Assembly: GCA_964016885.1 (NCBI GenBank)
Contig: OZ024742.1
Span: 155,558,001 to 155,622,000, forward strand
Length of the DNA stretch: 64,000 nt
From: Eledone cirrhosa
Taxonomy: Eukaryota
Direction of reading: 5' to 3'
The notes under the pieces are model-generated. The model was not told the origin of the DNA. It ran no database searches and saw nothing but the letters and a program-made list of their open reading frames with translations. Made by a program: the position numbers and the translations under genes. Positions 41,557 to 55,439 of this stretch are shown piece by piece (position 1 is the stretch's first letter; the number at the start of each line of letters is the position of its first letter).

Positions 41557-43760
41557 AGTGCTTATATAATCAATCAATTTTTATTCGCTGACAATGCTTC
41601 ATCCATTCCATGGGGCAGGACTCATCAGATCGTTGTAAACAAAAATACAATAGTGAAAATAAGCTCTACCGACCTATATCACATGATATATAGATATATG
41701 GCACCGGATAATAGGATAATAGGGAGAATGAAGATGAGCAGGATGGGGATGATACATAATAGTCAAAGTAAAGAAAAGTAAGCTAAAATAAGGTAAAATA
41801 AAATAATCACACAAGAGATATATACATGTGAAGGTACATGAAATCATTCAAGGCAATACAAAAATATACTCAAAATAATTAAAAAAATAAAAAATAAAAA
41901 TTTCTTTTTAAATCTATAAAAAAATTATTTAAAAAAAAAAAATAAAATTATTAAAAAAATAATTAAAAAATAATTAAAAAAATAATTTTTAAATATTCTA
42001 AAAATAATTAACAAAAGAGAGGGGGAAGGCATATGATAGTCTTCCATTGTCTTAGAAATACAGCTAATATAAACGGTGTTGGAATTTATTATTATTTTTT
42101 TCTAAGGTCTGAATTTTTGAATTTTTGATTTCATAGATGAAGTGGTAGAGTTGTCTCACATCCTTTACCTTAGAAACATATTTATTAGTGAGTAACGGCG
42201 TGTTATCCACTATTGGTGCCCTTACGTCATAATTTGTTGTGTATACGTTTATCGCAATTGTTTGTTTTTTGCGGAGCGGATTCCCTGGACTACTGCATGA
42301 AATGGTCGCTGTCCTGTTTAATTAATGAACACATGTATGAGTTGATTGACTTACAGTTGTGCTGGGCAGAATTACTGATTTGTTCTGTACACTTTTATAT
42401 TTTATATGTCATGTTATATTATATTTTATATTTTAATATTTTGTCTAACCACGTGCTTCATGCGAACACTTAACAAGCTATTGCTATAATGTGTGTTCGT
42501 GCAATGCTCGAACAATGATACCCTCTGAACACGGAACGGGTTTTACATTACTCTAGGTGTTTGTGAAGAGTAAAATACCGCAGTCTGGAGCAGTATGAGG
42601 ATTTCGATTTTAACACCGGCTCATAACACATAGTACCATACGTTATGATACGTACAGGTGGATGGATGAACACGCCTGGAATACCATCTATGAAAGATAT
42701 ATATATATATACATGTGTGTATATATATTGTGACATTTCGTAAGTTACCATCTACTGACGACATATGTTTTATGTTCACCTTGCCGGATATGCCTCAAAC
42801 TTTGTTTAAACCATGTATGCATTTACTGTTATAAATTGACTGCTTCAGCTTCTTCTGTACATTAACCCTGTTGTGCTTGTGTTTCGGCTTCTGTCTGTGC
42901 TGTACCCATCATTATGCAAGACTAGCACCTCTTATCCGCACAGATCCACTATCTAATGGTTACCGTAACCGTGCTGAATATGGAGAATACTAAATCCCCT
43001 CTGAACTTTATTACCATACTTTAAGGGCTACATGTCACCTTTCTATATGACACCCCTATGGATGCCTAGTCCTAGTGTAAATTATTTGCTGGATATTCCT
43101 ACTTTGACTACTATAATATTTGCGTGCACCGTGGCTCACTCTGGGAAACTAGAGGACTTAATAATTTTGTCTGGGGAAATCATCTAGCATATATCTATTC
43201 GACTGTGACCAATGCATGCTTTCTCTTCTTGCGTTTGTGTACCCTCATATGCCTCTATGCTTTCCCCTCTCTATTGTTAATTATTTTTTAAATATTTTTA
43301 ATTATTTTTTAAATTATTTTTTTAATAATTTAATTATTTTCTTTATTTTTTTTAATTATTTTTTTTAAGATTTAAAAAAAATCTTTTTTTACATTTTTAA
43401 AATTATTTTTTAACTATTTTTTTATTTTTGAGTATATTTTTTCATTCCTTTGACTGATTTCATGTACTTTCAAATGCATCTATCTTTTGTGTGATTATTT
43501 TATTTTACCTTATTTTACCTTATTTTTCTTTACTTTGACTAACAGCCCCATTATGTATCATCCCCATCTTTGTCATCTCCATTCTCCCTATTATCCTATT
43601 ATCATGTACCATATAGCTATTGTTCTTGTGATATAGGTCTGTAGAGATTATTTTCACCATTGTATTTTTGTTTTTAACGCTCTTATGAGTCCTGCCCCAT
43701 GGTATGGACGAAACATTTTCGGCGAATAAAAATTGATTGATGATATAACATTCTTTGTTT
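41552..43760. mobile_element. PLE-like element with ~480-bp inverted termini (41552-42030 and 43245-43760), each with a decayed HHR
   Basis: Arms are reverse complements; HHR remnants at 41586-41632 (-) and 43678-43724 (+) followed by AATAAA; TA runs flank; interior unresolved. Confidence 0.8.
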
Positions 43761-43766
43761 TCTTTT

Positions 43767-43808
<42 letters not shown>

Positions 43809-44031
43809 CTTCGGTAACTACACATCAAGGGAGTACTCTATTCATGGGAAGAATCAGAGTGGGTATAGAATGTAAATCCTTACCACGAAATCTAGTGGTT
43901 TCGGCTTGTATTGGAGAAGGCTTTTCAAACGTGCTCCCTTGAAAGATGCTTGCCGAAACCGGAACTTCTAGGCCTTGCGGCTGGTTTTTACTTCTCTCTC
44001 TCTTCTTCTCTCTGTATATCGCCCTCTCCCC

Positions 44032-44065
<34 letters not shown>

Positions 44066-45176
44066 GACACGCGCACACTTTTAAACGCATATGAGTACGT
44101 ATATATCTAATTAATCTACGTTCACTTGTAGACCTGGCCGCGTGTTTTGTTCTGAGAAACACGCTTCACGTCACGTTAACTCTCATATCTCCATGCTGAG
44201 AGTAGATAAGAATACAGGCCCAGTGTCACAAACCGCCACTCTCTTACACGCTCATTAGTCCACTAAATTGGCCAAACAAGTTTAAATACAATAAACGATA
44301 TAAATAACACATTAACCTTCAACATATCACATATCACACTCCACCTATATTGATTTGCACATAAATACATATGTACTGGAAAACAGCATAAACATATTTA
44401 ATAACACCCAAAGAAAACCTGAACCCCCTACAATAATCCAACGCAAGAGAACACACATTCCCAAAATAGTGACACTTTAACAATTACAATTACAATTATA
44501 TTCAAAAATATAAACTCAAAGACGCAGAAGATACTCCCCGTGGATTAAAAAAAAAATAATTGTTACATTACTTTTACCTACCTTACGCTTGACGAGATTT
44601 CATGTATGAAATAACGTCGCCATCGAGGCCTTGACTGAAAGATAAGTAACTCTAGCAGATATACCGTCTAAGCCTTGAAACCTTCAGTAGTGTGCAGCTG
44701 TTTAAAATTCATACAATGTATATATATATATAAATATATATATATTTCCCTTGCTGGAATTAACACGCGACAGCTATAGATACGAGACGCTGCTTCTAGT
44801 AGCAACATTTAGCCTTTCACCCCTCTTCTGGGTAGAACGAAAAGCCTGTTGAAAAACTGAATCCACCGTTCGTTCATGAATACCACGAGCTTGTCAGTCA
44901 CGTAAGTCTGATATTTGATTTCGGATTCAAAGAAACACTTTAAACGTAAAATCGTTTGATTTGTCCAGGTGTACTTTTCTCAACCTGTTAGTTCTATCGT
45001 TACTTTGGAATATTATTGTGTGTTATATGTTGCCTACCACAATGTTCGATTTGTCAAGATATTTAAACGTATGTTATTACTCTAAGGACCTAACTTATCG
45101 AGTGCTTTGCTAACTCATCATTAAGTAGGCTGAATTTGCTTGCAAAACGCCAGAGATTCGATTTTACTAAATTTCC

Positions 45177-45210
<34 letters not shown>

Positions 45211-46372
45211 CGAAGTAAATGTGGTAAGGAACCAGATGGTCCGAAACGCACCAAAGTACTGAATACTTAGGGTAGTAGAGTGGGTAATAGAACGAGTAGG
45301 TCCCCGATGGCTGAGCTCAAGCCGTTTCGACGGCTAATTCTGGACTAAATGAAAATGTTTATCCTGGTAAATGAATAGCCGAGCTTCTCAAGGGGTAATT
45401 CCATATATATTAAAAGTGATTGTCACAAGGATTGGTCAAAAGTTTGTTTTTTAGACACATAATTCTATCATGGCATTTTGTGGGAGGGAGGGGTAGCTGA
45501 ACTTGTAAGAAGAAGAAAGAGGGAGAGGGAGTGCAGGAAACCCAGTCGTGCGTTGAAAGTGACAACTACAGCAGAATCTTAAGGATAATAGGTCAAGAGA
45601 ATTATAATAGAGAGGGGGTGGAGGAAGTCGAAACAATAAGTAAATCTATATGGAGTAAATATATAGAAAAATAAGAATGTTAAAAATATAAAAAAACACA
45701 ATTTCTGGTTATTATTGCCCTACCCAAATCATCAAATCTCTTACTGGTAGTGCTAAACTATAGAAAAGTTTAATAGGTGGGACGGAATACTAATACGAAA
45801 TATTAAGACGAAATATTAATCCAGAATCCCGAAAATGAATACTAATACGATATATAAGAGTACCGCTATAATACATACATTCTAATACAAACTACATAAA
45901 TGCTCGTACGATATATATGAAAAATGTAATACGAAAAACTAATTCAGAATCACTAAAAAATAAAAAAAAATACTGATACAAGAGATATTAAAGCAGATAT
46001 ACCACTAAGAAATCTAGAAATCACGGAAATGGGGCAGCAATCAGATAAGAAAGCAAGTATCTGGAGTCTAGCACATCTGCTATAAAAAGCGGAGTCGGTC
46101 AATTCTATCATAGAATAGGCGGTGGGGGTGGGGGTACTGAGGCTACAGAGGACCGAAGGCCTGCCTCGGGGTGGGCGAGAAGGTGAAAAGAACGACGACA
46201 AAGAAGGAGAACTGGGGTGGAAGGACTACGAAGGGATGAGGGGAAGAAGGAAATATAGAGGAACCGATATAAAATAATATAAGAAAATCTTACGTCTACC
46301 TTTGTAAGCAGGGGTTACCCATTACAAAGTCGGCAAGTGGGGTGTTACAGCCCTTGTCTACCCCCCGGGTCA

Positions 46373-48506
46373 TTATGGGGTTTGAGAGCGAGGTAAGTCC
46401 TACGCAAACTATGTTTGCATGCAGTTACCAGTTCGTCTTTCTTGTTTAGGAGTTGGTCCGTCGAAAACAGTATTTGTAATGTTTCCTCCGAGCATAAGTT
46501 ACACGGACGGCGTCCTCCCGTGTAAGAGTTGGCTCTGGACAGTAAGCTCCAAGTGAGATTATAGGTTATATTGTTATCTTTGATGTCTCAGACGTGGCCC
46601 GAGAGTGTAGTGGCGTGACGCCGGGCCGGGTTTCGGAAAGTATGTCTGTGTTGGTATAGCCGCTTCTTAAAGTCACAAGCGGTTAATACTATATAGTTGG
46701 AGGTGTCCGTCCTCAAGTTGCACTGGTAGATCACATTACAATCTCTGCATCTGTTGTCGAGTGGGTAAATGGATCCAATAGGACAGTTACACCTCCTGGT
46801 CGGATCTCCACTGCTATCTAGGTTATTTCTTCCATAGGGGTTGAGTTTTTGTTGTTAAAGGAGACGATGTTTTGTGCAAAGTTAGGTGTGGTGCTGTAGG
46901 AGAGTTTGATGGTATTTTTGTTGAGTATGTTGTGGTAGCGGTGTTGCAGTGGGAAGTGTTATTCGATGAGCCTAAAGATGTTCGCGATAGGTGTGGTCAC
47001 CTTGGTGTTGTGGAGAGGATTGAACCATGTTACGTTACGTGAGCGGCGGAGTCGCCTGCTGGTTCCGCTAATGGAACCTCGACAGTAGGATATTTCCTCC
47101 CTGAAGCCACTCCGCTTGATGGCCTGGTTGTAATAAGGCGCATGTTCCTCGAATATCTGCTCATTAGCGGACAAACGAGATATGCGGAGGGAGATGTTTT
47201 TAACCAGGTTATTGGTGATGTTTCTAGGATGGTTTGACCGGCGGTGGATGTAGTGCAGGTTGTCGTTTGGTTTCCTGTATGGGTAGTATAGATCATTATC
47301 GAGGTCAAGTGTAACGTCCAGGAAGTTTACTCGGGTTAGAGACGTTTGTAGGGTTATTTTAAATCCCCAGTTGCGGAAGAAGCTGATTAATTGTTTACGG
47401 ACCCGGTCTATACTACTGGGGTTCTACCCTTTAAAGGTTAAGGAGCCCATCATCACGGTACAATCCACCGCCGAATGCAGGAAACATATCGGTTTGTTTA
47501 ACTAATAGTTATATAAGGTGCTATAAGTTCTGTAACCTCAGCCGAATCCGTCGCGCCCATACTGACGTCGAAGGGGCAGTCGGGAGCTCTCTTTATCCAT
47601 TTGGAGTTGTCGAAAAGTAGGACTGTCTTCCTGGCGCGGAGGATGATATTTCTTTCCTGGTCGGTGATGGGCGCAAGTGTCTCGGCAAAGTCCAAGGCGG
47701 CCGTAAGGAGCGGTAAGGTAATTGAAGCATAGTAACTCTCTATGTCAAACTGGATGAATTTTGCGTCTCGTTTGTCCTCCATATTGCTGACCGATGAGAT
47801 TACTTCCTGGGTTGTTGACCCATAGGCTAAGTCTGGCGTTTTGCTTAACTTTGTAATAGCGCGATCTAAGATTTCTTTTACTGATTCTCCCTATGTCGGA
47901 CTTCGTTGGGTTTATAAGCCTGATAGATGGTTTACGATCGAAATCGGATTTGTGGTCCTTCAGTGTGAAGTAGGGAGTCCGTGGGTCTAGGCGTTCCGTG
48001 CGGTCAGCGACCCCGAGGCTGGAGGTAATCTGTTGTCCATCTCGTTTTATGTCCTCAATGCTTGACTGGTTAGCCTTTTTATAGGTGGAGTTTAGGCTGC
48101 TCCTGATCAGTGTGTGGTATCTGTCGGGGTTGACGAAGTAGAGGTTACCAGTTTTATCCGAGTGCACTATGATCTCATTGGTGTTATCATACTCTGTTAA
48201 GTTGCTACGGAGTTTTTGAAGGAATCTGTTGTGTCTGGGTTTGAATTTAATGCTCTTGACCAGTTGGAAAAGGTCATTCTCAAAGGGTGAGAGCATAGGA
48301 TTCGGAGAAGGAGATTTGTAGGTATTAAATCCGAATCTCTCCTTGGTATCAAAGTCCATATTGTCGCAATATCTGTCGTAGAAAAAAGTTCTCCATCTAA
48401 GTCTTTTCGCAAAGAGTTCGACTTTTTGCGTGAGCATCCGAAGGTAAAGTTTTCTTGGTAGAACTGGGATGTTCTTGGTGGTGAAGTCGATGTTGTGTTT
48501 TCGCAT
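46373..48506 (-). pseudogene. Near full-length Naiad-type RT plus GIY-YIG ORF, frameshifted
   Basis: MRKHNIDFTTKNIP, KRLRWRTFF, HSDKTGNLY, TLKDHK, RLINPTKSDIG, FIQFDIESYY, FDVSMG, VTWFNP, CNCP, NVIYQC; several frameshifts and stops. Confidence 0.88.
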
Positions 48507-48522
48507 GGTGCGGATGGATTTT

Positions 48523-49832
48523 GCCTTGGACTTTGAGGGGACACTTGCGCCCATCACCGACCAGGAAAGAAATATCATCCTCCACGCCAGGAAGACACTA
48601 CTTTTCGACAACTCTAAATGGATAAAGAGAGCTCCCGACTCCCCATTCGACGTCAGTATGGGCGGGACTTATTTGGCTGAGGTCACAGATCTTATAGGAT
48701 TATTCCTACTAGGTAAACTCACCGATATGTTTCCTGCATTCGGCGGTGGATTGTACCGTGATGATGGGCTCCTTAACCTCAGTAGTACAGAGAGGGTCCG
48801 TAAACAATTAATCAGCTTCTTCTGCGACTGGGGATTTAAAATAACCCTACAAACGTCCCTAACCCGAGTAAACTTCCTGGACGTTACACTTGACCTCGAT
48901 AATGAACTGTACTACCCATACAGGAAACCAAACGACAACCTGCACTACATCCACTGCCGGTCAAACCATCCTAGAAACATCGGCAATAAACTAGTTGAAA
49001 ACATCTCCCTCCGGATATCTGGTTTGTCCGCTAATGAGCAGATATTCGAGGAACATGCGCCTTATTACAACCAGGCCCTTAAGCGGAGTGGCTTCCGAGA
49101 GGAAATATCCTACTGTCCACCTTCCATTAACGGAACCAGCAGGCGACTCTGCCGCTCACGCAACGTAACATGGTTCAATCCTCCCCACAACGCGGAGGTG
49201 ACAACACCTATCGGGAAAATCTTCGTTAGGCTCATCGAAAAACACTTCCCACTACAACACCGCTACCGCAACATAATCAACAAAAAATACCATCAAACTC
49301 TCCTACAGCACCAGACCTAACTTTGCACAAAACATCGTCTCCTCTAACAACAAAAAACTCAAGCCCTATGGAAGAAATAACCTAGATAGCAGTGGAGAGC
49401 CGACCAGGAGGTGTAACTGTCCTGTTGGATCCATTTACCCACTCGACAACAGATGCAGAGATTGTAATGTGATCTACCAGTGAACGTGAGGACGGACACC
49501 TCCAACAAACATTATATAGGATTAACCGCTTGTGACTCAGGAACCCGCTATACCAACACAGATATAATTTCCGAAACCCGGCCCGGCGTCACGCCACTAC
49601 ACTTTCGGGCCACATCTGGGCCCTCAAAGATAACAATATAACCTATAATCCCACTTGCAGGTTCCTGTCCAGAGCCAACTTTTACACGGGAGAACGCCGT
49701 CCGTGTAACATATGCTCCGAGGAAACATTACAAATGCTGTTTCGACGGGCCAAGTCTTAAACAAGAAACACGAACTAGTAACTGCATGCAAACACAGATT
49801 ACGTAGGACTTACCTCGCCCTCAAACCCCATA
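48523..49832 (+). pseudogene. 5'-truncated inverted Naiad-type RT plus EN copy
   Basis: FDVSMGGTYLAEVTDLIG, GGLYRDDGL, VNFLDVTLDL, YRKPND, SNHP, WFNPP; frameshifts downstream. Confidence 0.88.
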
Positions 49833-50912
49833 ATGATCGAGGGGGGGGGGGGTAGACAAGGGCTGTAACACCCCACTTGCCGACTTTGTAATGGGTAACC
49901 CCTGCTTACAAAGGTAGACGTAAGATTTTCTTATATATTTTTTATCGTTTCCTCTATATTTCCTTCTTCCCTCCCATACATATTCCTTCCACCCCAGTTG
50001 TCCTTCTTTGTCGTCGTTCTTTTCAACTTCTCATCCACCGCAGGCAGCGTTTCGGTCCTCTGTAGCCTCAGTACCCCCACCCCTACCCCCAATACTATGA
50101 TAGAATTGGCCGACTCCGCTTTTTATAGCAGATGTGCTCGACTCCAGATACTTGCTTTCCTATCTGATTTCTGCCCCATTTCCGTGATTTCGAGTTTTCT
50201 TAGTGGTATCTCTGCTTTAGTTTCTCGTATATCAGTATTTTTTTGTTGGGGGGGGGGGGGCTTCTGAATTAATTTTCATCGTATTAAATTTTTCATATAT
50301 ATCGTACAAGCATTTATGTAGTTTGTATTAGAACTTATGTATTGTAGCGGTACTCCTATATATCGTATTAGTATTAATTTTCGGGATTCTGGATTAATAT
50401 TTCGTATTACTATTCCGTCCCAACTATTAAACTTGTCTATAGTATAGCAGTACCAGTGAGAGATTTGATGATTGTGGTAGGGGAATAGTAACCAGAAATT
50501 GTGTTTTTTTATATTTTTAACATTCTTATTTTTCTATATATTTACTCCATATAGATTTACTTATTGTTTCGACGGTTTCCCCTCTCCCCCTCTATAGTAT
50601 ACTTCTCTTGACCTATTATCTTTAGGATTCTGCTATAGTTGTCTCTTTCAACGCACGAATGGGTTTGCTCCACACCCTCTCCATATTTCTTCTACTGGCA
50701 AGTTCAGCTACCCCTCCCTCCCACAAAATGCCATGTTAGAATTATGTGTCTCAACAACAAACATTTGACCAATCCTCGTGATAATCACTTTTACTATATA
50801 TGGAATTACACCCTGAGAAGCTCGGCTATTTATTTACCAGGATATAAATGTTCATTAATCCAGAATTAGCCGTCGAAACGGCTTGAGCTCAGCCGTCCGG
50901 GTCCTACTCGTT

Positions 50913-50976
<64 letters not shown>

Positions 50977-50989
50977 ATTATATATATAT

Positions 50990-51022
<33 letters not shown>

Positions 51023-51025
51023 AAT

Positions 51026-51070
<45 letters not shown>

Positions 51071-52269
51071 AACATACATATATATATATGTATATATATA
51101 TATAGAGAGAGAGAGAGGGGAGAATGGGAGAGAGGGACAGACATACCAAGGCTGAGATATATGGATAAATTTCAATTAGCTTCGTGCACGTTGAAAGTGA
51201 TGTTTCTTTTTATTTACTTCAATCCAAGAAGCTAGCAGCAATTTAAAGCATGATATATGGGCTTTACTCTGATAGGTAATTTTCGGATAGAATCTTAAAT
51301 AAAATATTGATTGACTAATTTCATTTTTTCTAACAATACTCTATCTTTAATTTTCAATTTTTCTTTGTACCCAGTAAATTTAATCATAGTAAAACACGCA
51401 ACTCAAAAAATAATCATTTATACATTAATTTAATCAGGAAATAGGATATTTTATTTCTCTGTAAGTAAGTATAAATTGGATGCATTTATCTAATCGTATT
51501 TTGTATATAAAAACTCTATAAATATAAAGTCGCATATTGAATTCATATATTTATGTTTTGATACAATTTTTAAATTCTGATTGAATATTTTCCATGACTT
51601 ATCGTTAAAGTGTTGTCTTGTAGGCTACTTAACAATCAATAATCACCGGCGTGCAAATTTGGATTTGTTAGATTTTGACAAATGATAGGAAAAATAAATT
51701 TCTGATCGTTTTCAAACATGTTCAGTTCGTTTATAAGTTTACTTTCGGAGACTTATTCTTTGATATAAAATATATTTAATGACGGCGTTTATGAATATAT
51801 AAGTTATTGTACATACTTAAGTGCGTTCTGGGGTTTAACATACATACTTTTTGAGAGCAAAAAATGATTGACAATTTCCTTTAGATATTCCAATATGTTT
51901 TATTTGTTAATACAAACACACAGATTAAATTAAAACATAATTTATGAAGTAGAACAAGTCGCTTAATTCTGAACACTAATAGAGGGCTCACGTACAGTCA
52001 CTGATTGCAGCAGTAGCCTATATAATGAAAGATTAGCATTCATTTAGGCAGTGAAAGTAGCCTTACATAGGCTAATAAAGGTGAATCGTTTACTGTAATC
52101 ATGGGTTATTCTAAACATTTCCTAAAATACATTGGTGTTTTTTTGAGGATTTATATTCAATAAGATATAAAGCAGCTCTTCATTAAATGTAGCTGTCAGA
52201 TTCCCTTAGAGAATATATTATTATAATGATTTTTAAATTAAGAATAAGATCAGCAATCTGAGGAGAGAT

Positions 52270-52412
52270 GGATATTGATTATATCGACCCTAGAAGGATG
52301 ACAAACAAAGTTAACCTCGGCGAGATTAGATCTCAGAACGTTGAGCGTTGTAATCGTAAAGGAATATGACGATACACTTAATCCGACCTACTAGAGATTC
52401 TAACAATCCAGC
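52270..52412 (-). mobile_element. Decayed SINE copy
   Basis: tatcgaccc..aaggatga..aaagttaacctcggcg..ctcagaacg is the reverse complement of the SINE core. Confidence 0.65.
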
Positions 52413-52727
52413 AAAATATACTGATTATGATTAATTATATATGTTGTATTACGTAACTTCATATTAATCAGTAATCACATCGCACGTGGAGAGGAAATAT
52501 CGCACTTCTCTGTTATTTCACCTCCATAAAACTAACGTCAAATACGAAGAGTGGTAAGAAATCTTCAGGAGAGCTGTACATCAAAATTTGATCAGAGACG
52601 AGCCCCCCCCCCCTCACACACACACATAAGGCGAGTGTTTCGGCCCTATATTAAAGTATAACTAAATATACAGAACATTTCTAAAACTTGAGATATCTTT
52701 CAGCCTAATGAGCTTGAAGATGAGTAG

Positions 52728-52804
<77 letters not shown>

Positions 52805-53123
52805 GTAACAGGAAACAAGAAAACTTCTATTTTAGCTTCTACTGCCACCAAATTACCAAGGAGAAGAGAGCGAGATAGAGATAAGCGAAAATGTGAACTT
52901 TTATATATATGCCAACTATGTTCTCTAATACCCTCTTCTAATTAAAAATATACCTTAATTTTATATACTTTCTATCATATTTCCTATAGCATGAAGAAGA
53001 CGAAATAATTATCGGCTTAAACCAGTTCGATAAATTACATTTTAAAAATGTTTTGCTATTGTTCTATGAGAAAATCCTATCAGCATGTTCTAGTTTCATT
53101 CTTATTTTCGTTATATATATATA

Positions 53124-54497
53124 AGTTAAAACAATGAAATAAAAAATCTAGTCATTAGAGATATACTTCACTGCTTTACGATCGTTTCTAGATGTTGATA
53201 ATACGTTGTATCTATACTCAGTTATTGATCTATGTAAGTTTACAAACTATCAGATAGAGAGAACATTTACTTACATGCATATAACCAGCTGTTTTCAAAA
53301 GCCATAATAATTTTATTCAATAATAATTTTACTCAGAATTAGTATCATGTCCATATCTGGAGGTAGTTGAAGAACTAACGAATCAAATTGTTTTTTTTTC
53401 ATATGGTGTTAAGATGAAAAGTAATACACTTTAGTTGAGGTCGTGAAAGGAATGGTTGAAAGGTGTTAGTAGAAATGACATAACAATCTATTAGGAAGGA
53501 AGGGGATTGTCAAACTGATAGTTGAATGTATCTTGTATAGTGAATTTAAAAGGAATATCAAAATAGAAATAGTCCAACGAGGTCTGTAACTTGAGCAGAG
53601 TCCATGGATCCCATCGTAATATCGAATAAGTTGTTATACGTATTTCTTGTCCAATATCTTGGAAGTTTAGTAAGGTTTTTTTATGATGTTGATTTCCCCA
53701 GTAGATAAATCCGATTTATTTCTGGCAAAGATCAGTGCTTTGTTTAAAAGAATTGGAGAAATCGAAGAATAGTAGGAATCGATGTCGAATTGAATGAATG
53801 AAGCTGAATTTTTATTCTCAATGCTAGTAAACCATTCGATAACTTGGGAAGTGGTATCCCATAGTGTATGCATTACAAATATTCTAATTTGCGAAATGAT
53901 ACGATCAATAATCTTTTTGCTGATATTACCGATATCAGATGTTGATGGGCATATCAGTCTAATAGATGGGCTCGAGTTAAGTCAGATATATGGCCTTTCA
54001 AGTTGAAGTGTGGGCTTTTAAGCGTGAAAGGCTCAGTGCTATCTTCAATCTGGAGATTTTTTACTATATCACATGATATGTTATTCAAGGATGTTAGTGT
54101 GGTGGTATTTGATTTCTTATAGTTCTTTCTAAGTTCTTTATATATGAACTGGTTATATTTATCGATATCCATATGGTACAAGTTACCAGTTTTGTCAGAA
54201 TGGACATCTTAACACCTTATGAAAAAAACAATTTGATTCGTTAGTTCTTCAACTACCTACAAATATGGACATGATACTAATTCTGAGTAAAATTATTATT
54301 GAATAAAATTATTATTGCTTTTGAAAACAGCTGGTGATATGCATGAAAGTAAATATTCTCTCTATCTGATAATTTGTAAACTTACATAGATCAATAACTG
54401 AGTATAGATACGATGTATTATCACCATCTGGAAACGATCGTAAAGCAGTGAAGTATATATCTAATGACTTGATTTTTTATTTCATTGTTTTAACTTG
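53124..54497. mobile_element. Internally deleted Naiad-type fragment between ~290-bp inverted arms (53124-53417 and 54205-54497)
   Basis: Arms are reverse complements; interior minus strand has HSDKTGNLYHM, PSIRLI, FIQFDIDSYYSSI, FDITMGSMDSAQV. Confidence 0.85.
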
Positions 54498-55017
54498 TAT
54501 CATGACTGTTTTATTGTTTACTGAGATGTATCTTAACCTACAACATTTTCAATATATGGATTACATTGAGTTCTTCATACAGAATAGACCCCACAACTTA
54601 CAGTGGACACCCCTGTACATATATATATATATATATATATAGTTTCATGAAAATTATATTTAGCAGCCGTTATTTATTCAATTGATGCTTTTACAAGGGT
54701 CGCGTTTTAAATACCAACTTATAAATAAGAGTGGATATTTTGTGGTAATTAATAAATAAAGCAACTCCGTGTCACACCCAGCATGTACACTATCTACCTT
54801 ACCTTCCGTGTGTAACCGTTGCATCATCAAGTGTTGCTCACAAAAGCCATGCAATATTTCCAAAGTTTACATAACCAGAGTAATGCAACACCTTATCAGC
54901 GGAAGTTCATTCCAAATCGAAATGGCAGATTTATCTGATAACGACGATCAAATTTTCAGAGAGTAGCTGAAAAGCCTGATTTTAAAAAAAGAGGTCTCAT
55001 AGAAAAACTTTGTCTAT

Positions 55018-55069
<52 letters not shown>

Positions 55070-55072
55070 TAT

Positions 55073-55340
55073 AAAATTAGGTAGTAACATGTGCTTACAC
55101 CGTATTTGACTACATAGAATTAGTCTGTTAATTGAGATCTTAAAAACCCTCTGAATAGAAAATGGATGAGTATTGCCGTACATGGGACACGAACCCACAT
55201 ATTTGTTTTGCCGGACCAATGTGTGCCATATACGTCAATAGACATATTTTTTTTCCTTTCAGAGGGCTTTTACAAATCCCAACTAAGATACTAATTCTAT
55301 GTAGTCAAATACGGCGTAAGCACATGTTACTACCTAATTT
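55073..55340. repeat. Inverted repeat, ~85-bp arms
   Basis: aaaattaggtagtaacatgtgcttac vs gtaagcacatgttactacctaatttt. Confidence 0.85.
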
Positions 55341-55439
55341 TCAAATTCGCTAGCCGTTTGTAAACAAAGCCTTCTTTGTGTCTCCTTATTTATACACACA
55401 CACACATGTATATATATATATATATATATATATTTATTA

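Larger units (their letters stand above)
45210..50914. mobile_element. Naiad-type PLE, head-to-head inverted pair flanked by (TA)n
   Basis: Minus copy 45210-48521; plus copy 48523-50914 is a diverged reverse complement of ~45290-47700. Confidence 0.9.

Noticed and set aside
48469-48611. Predicted starts of the 288-aa and 283-aa ORFs
   Set aside because: Same junction artefact at ~48522; the plausible real start is the ATG at 48506 on the minus strand
49481-49483. In-frame TGA at a Cys position (possible selenocysteine, reported for some Naiads)
   Set aside because: The sister arm reads TGC AAC, so this is a 1-nt deletion; the TGA at 62998-63000 also sits at a frameshift; no convincing SECIS seen by eye
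49998-50267. Short ORF shared by both Naiad arms (also 45953-46201)
   Set aside because: Similarity is explained by the inverted duplication; ends differ and no domain is recognisable
54800-54966. Possible minus-strand host exon ending in a GTAAG donor
   Set aside because: Stops in all three frames and no recognisable protein
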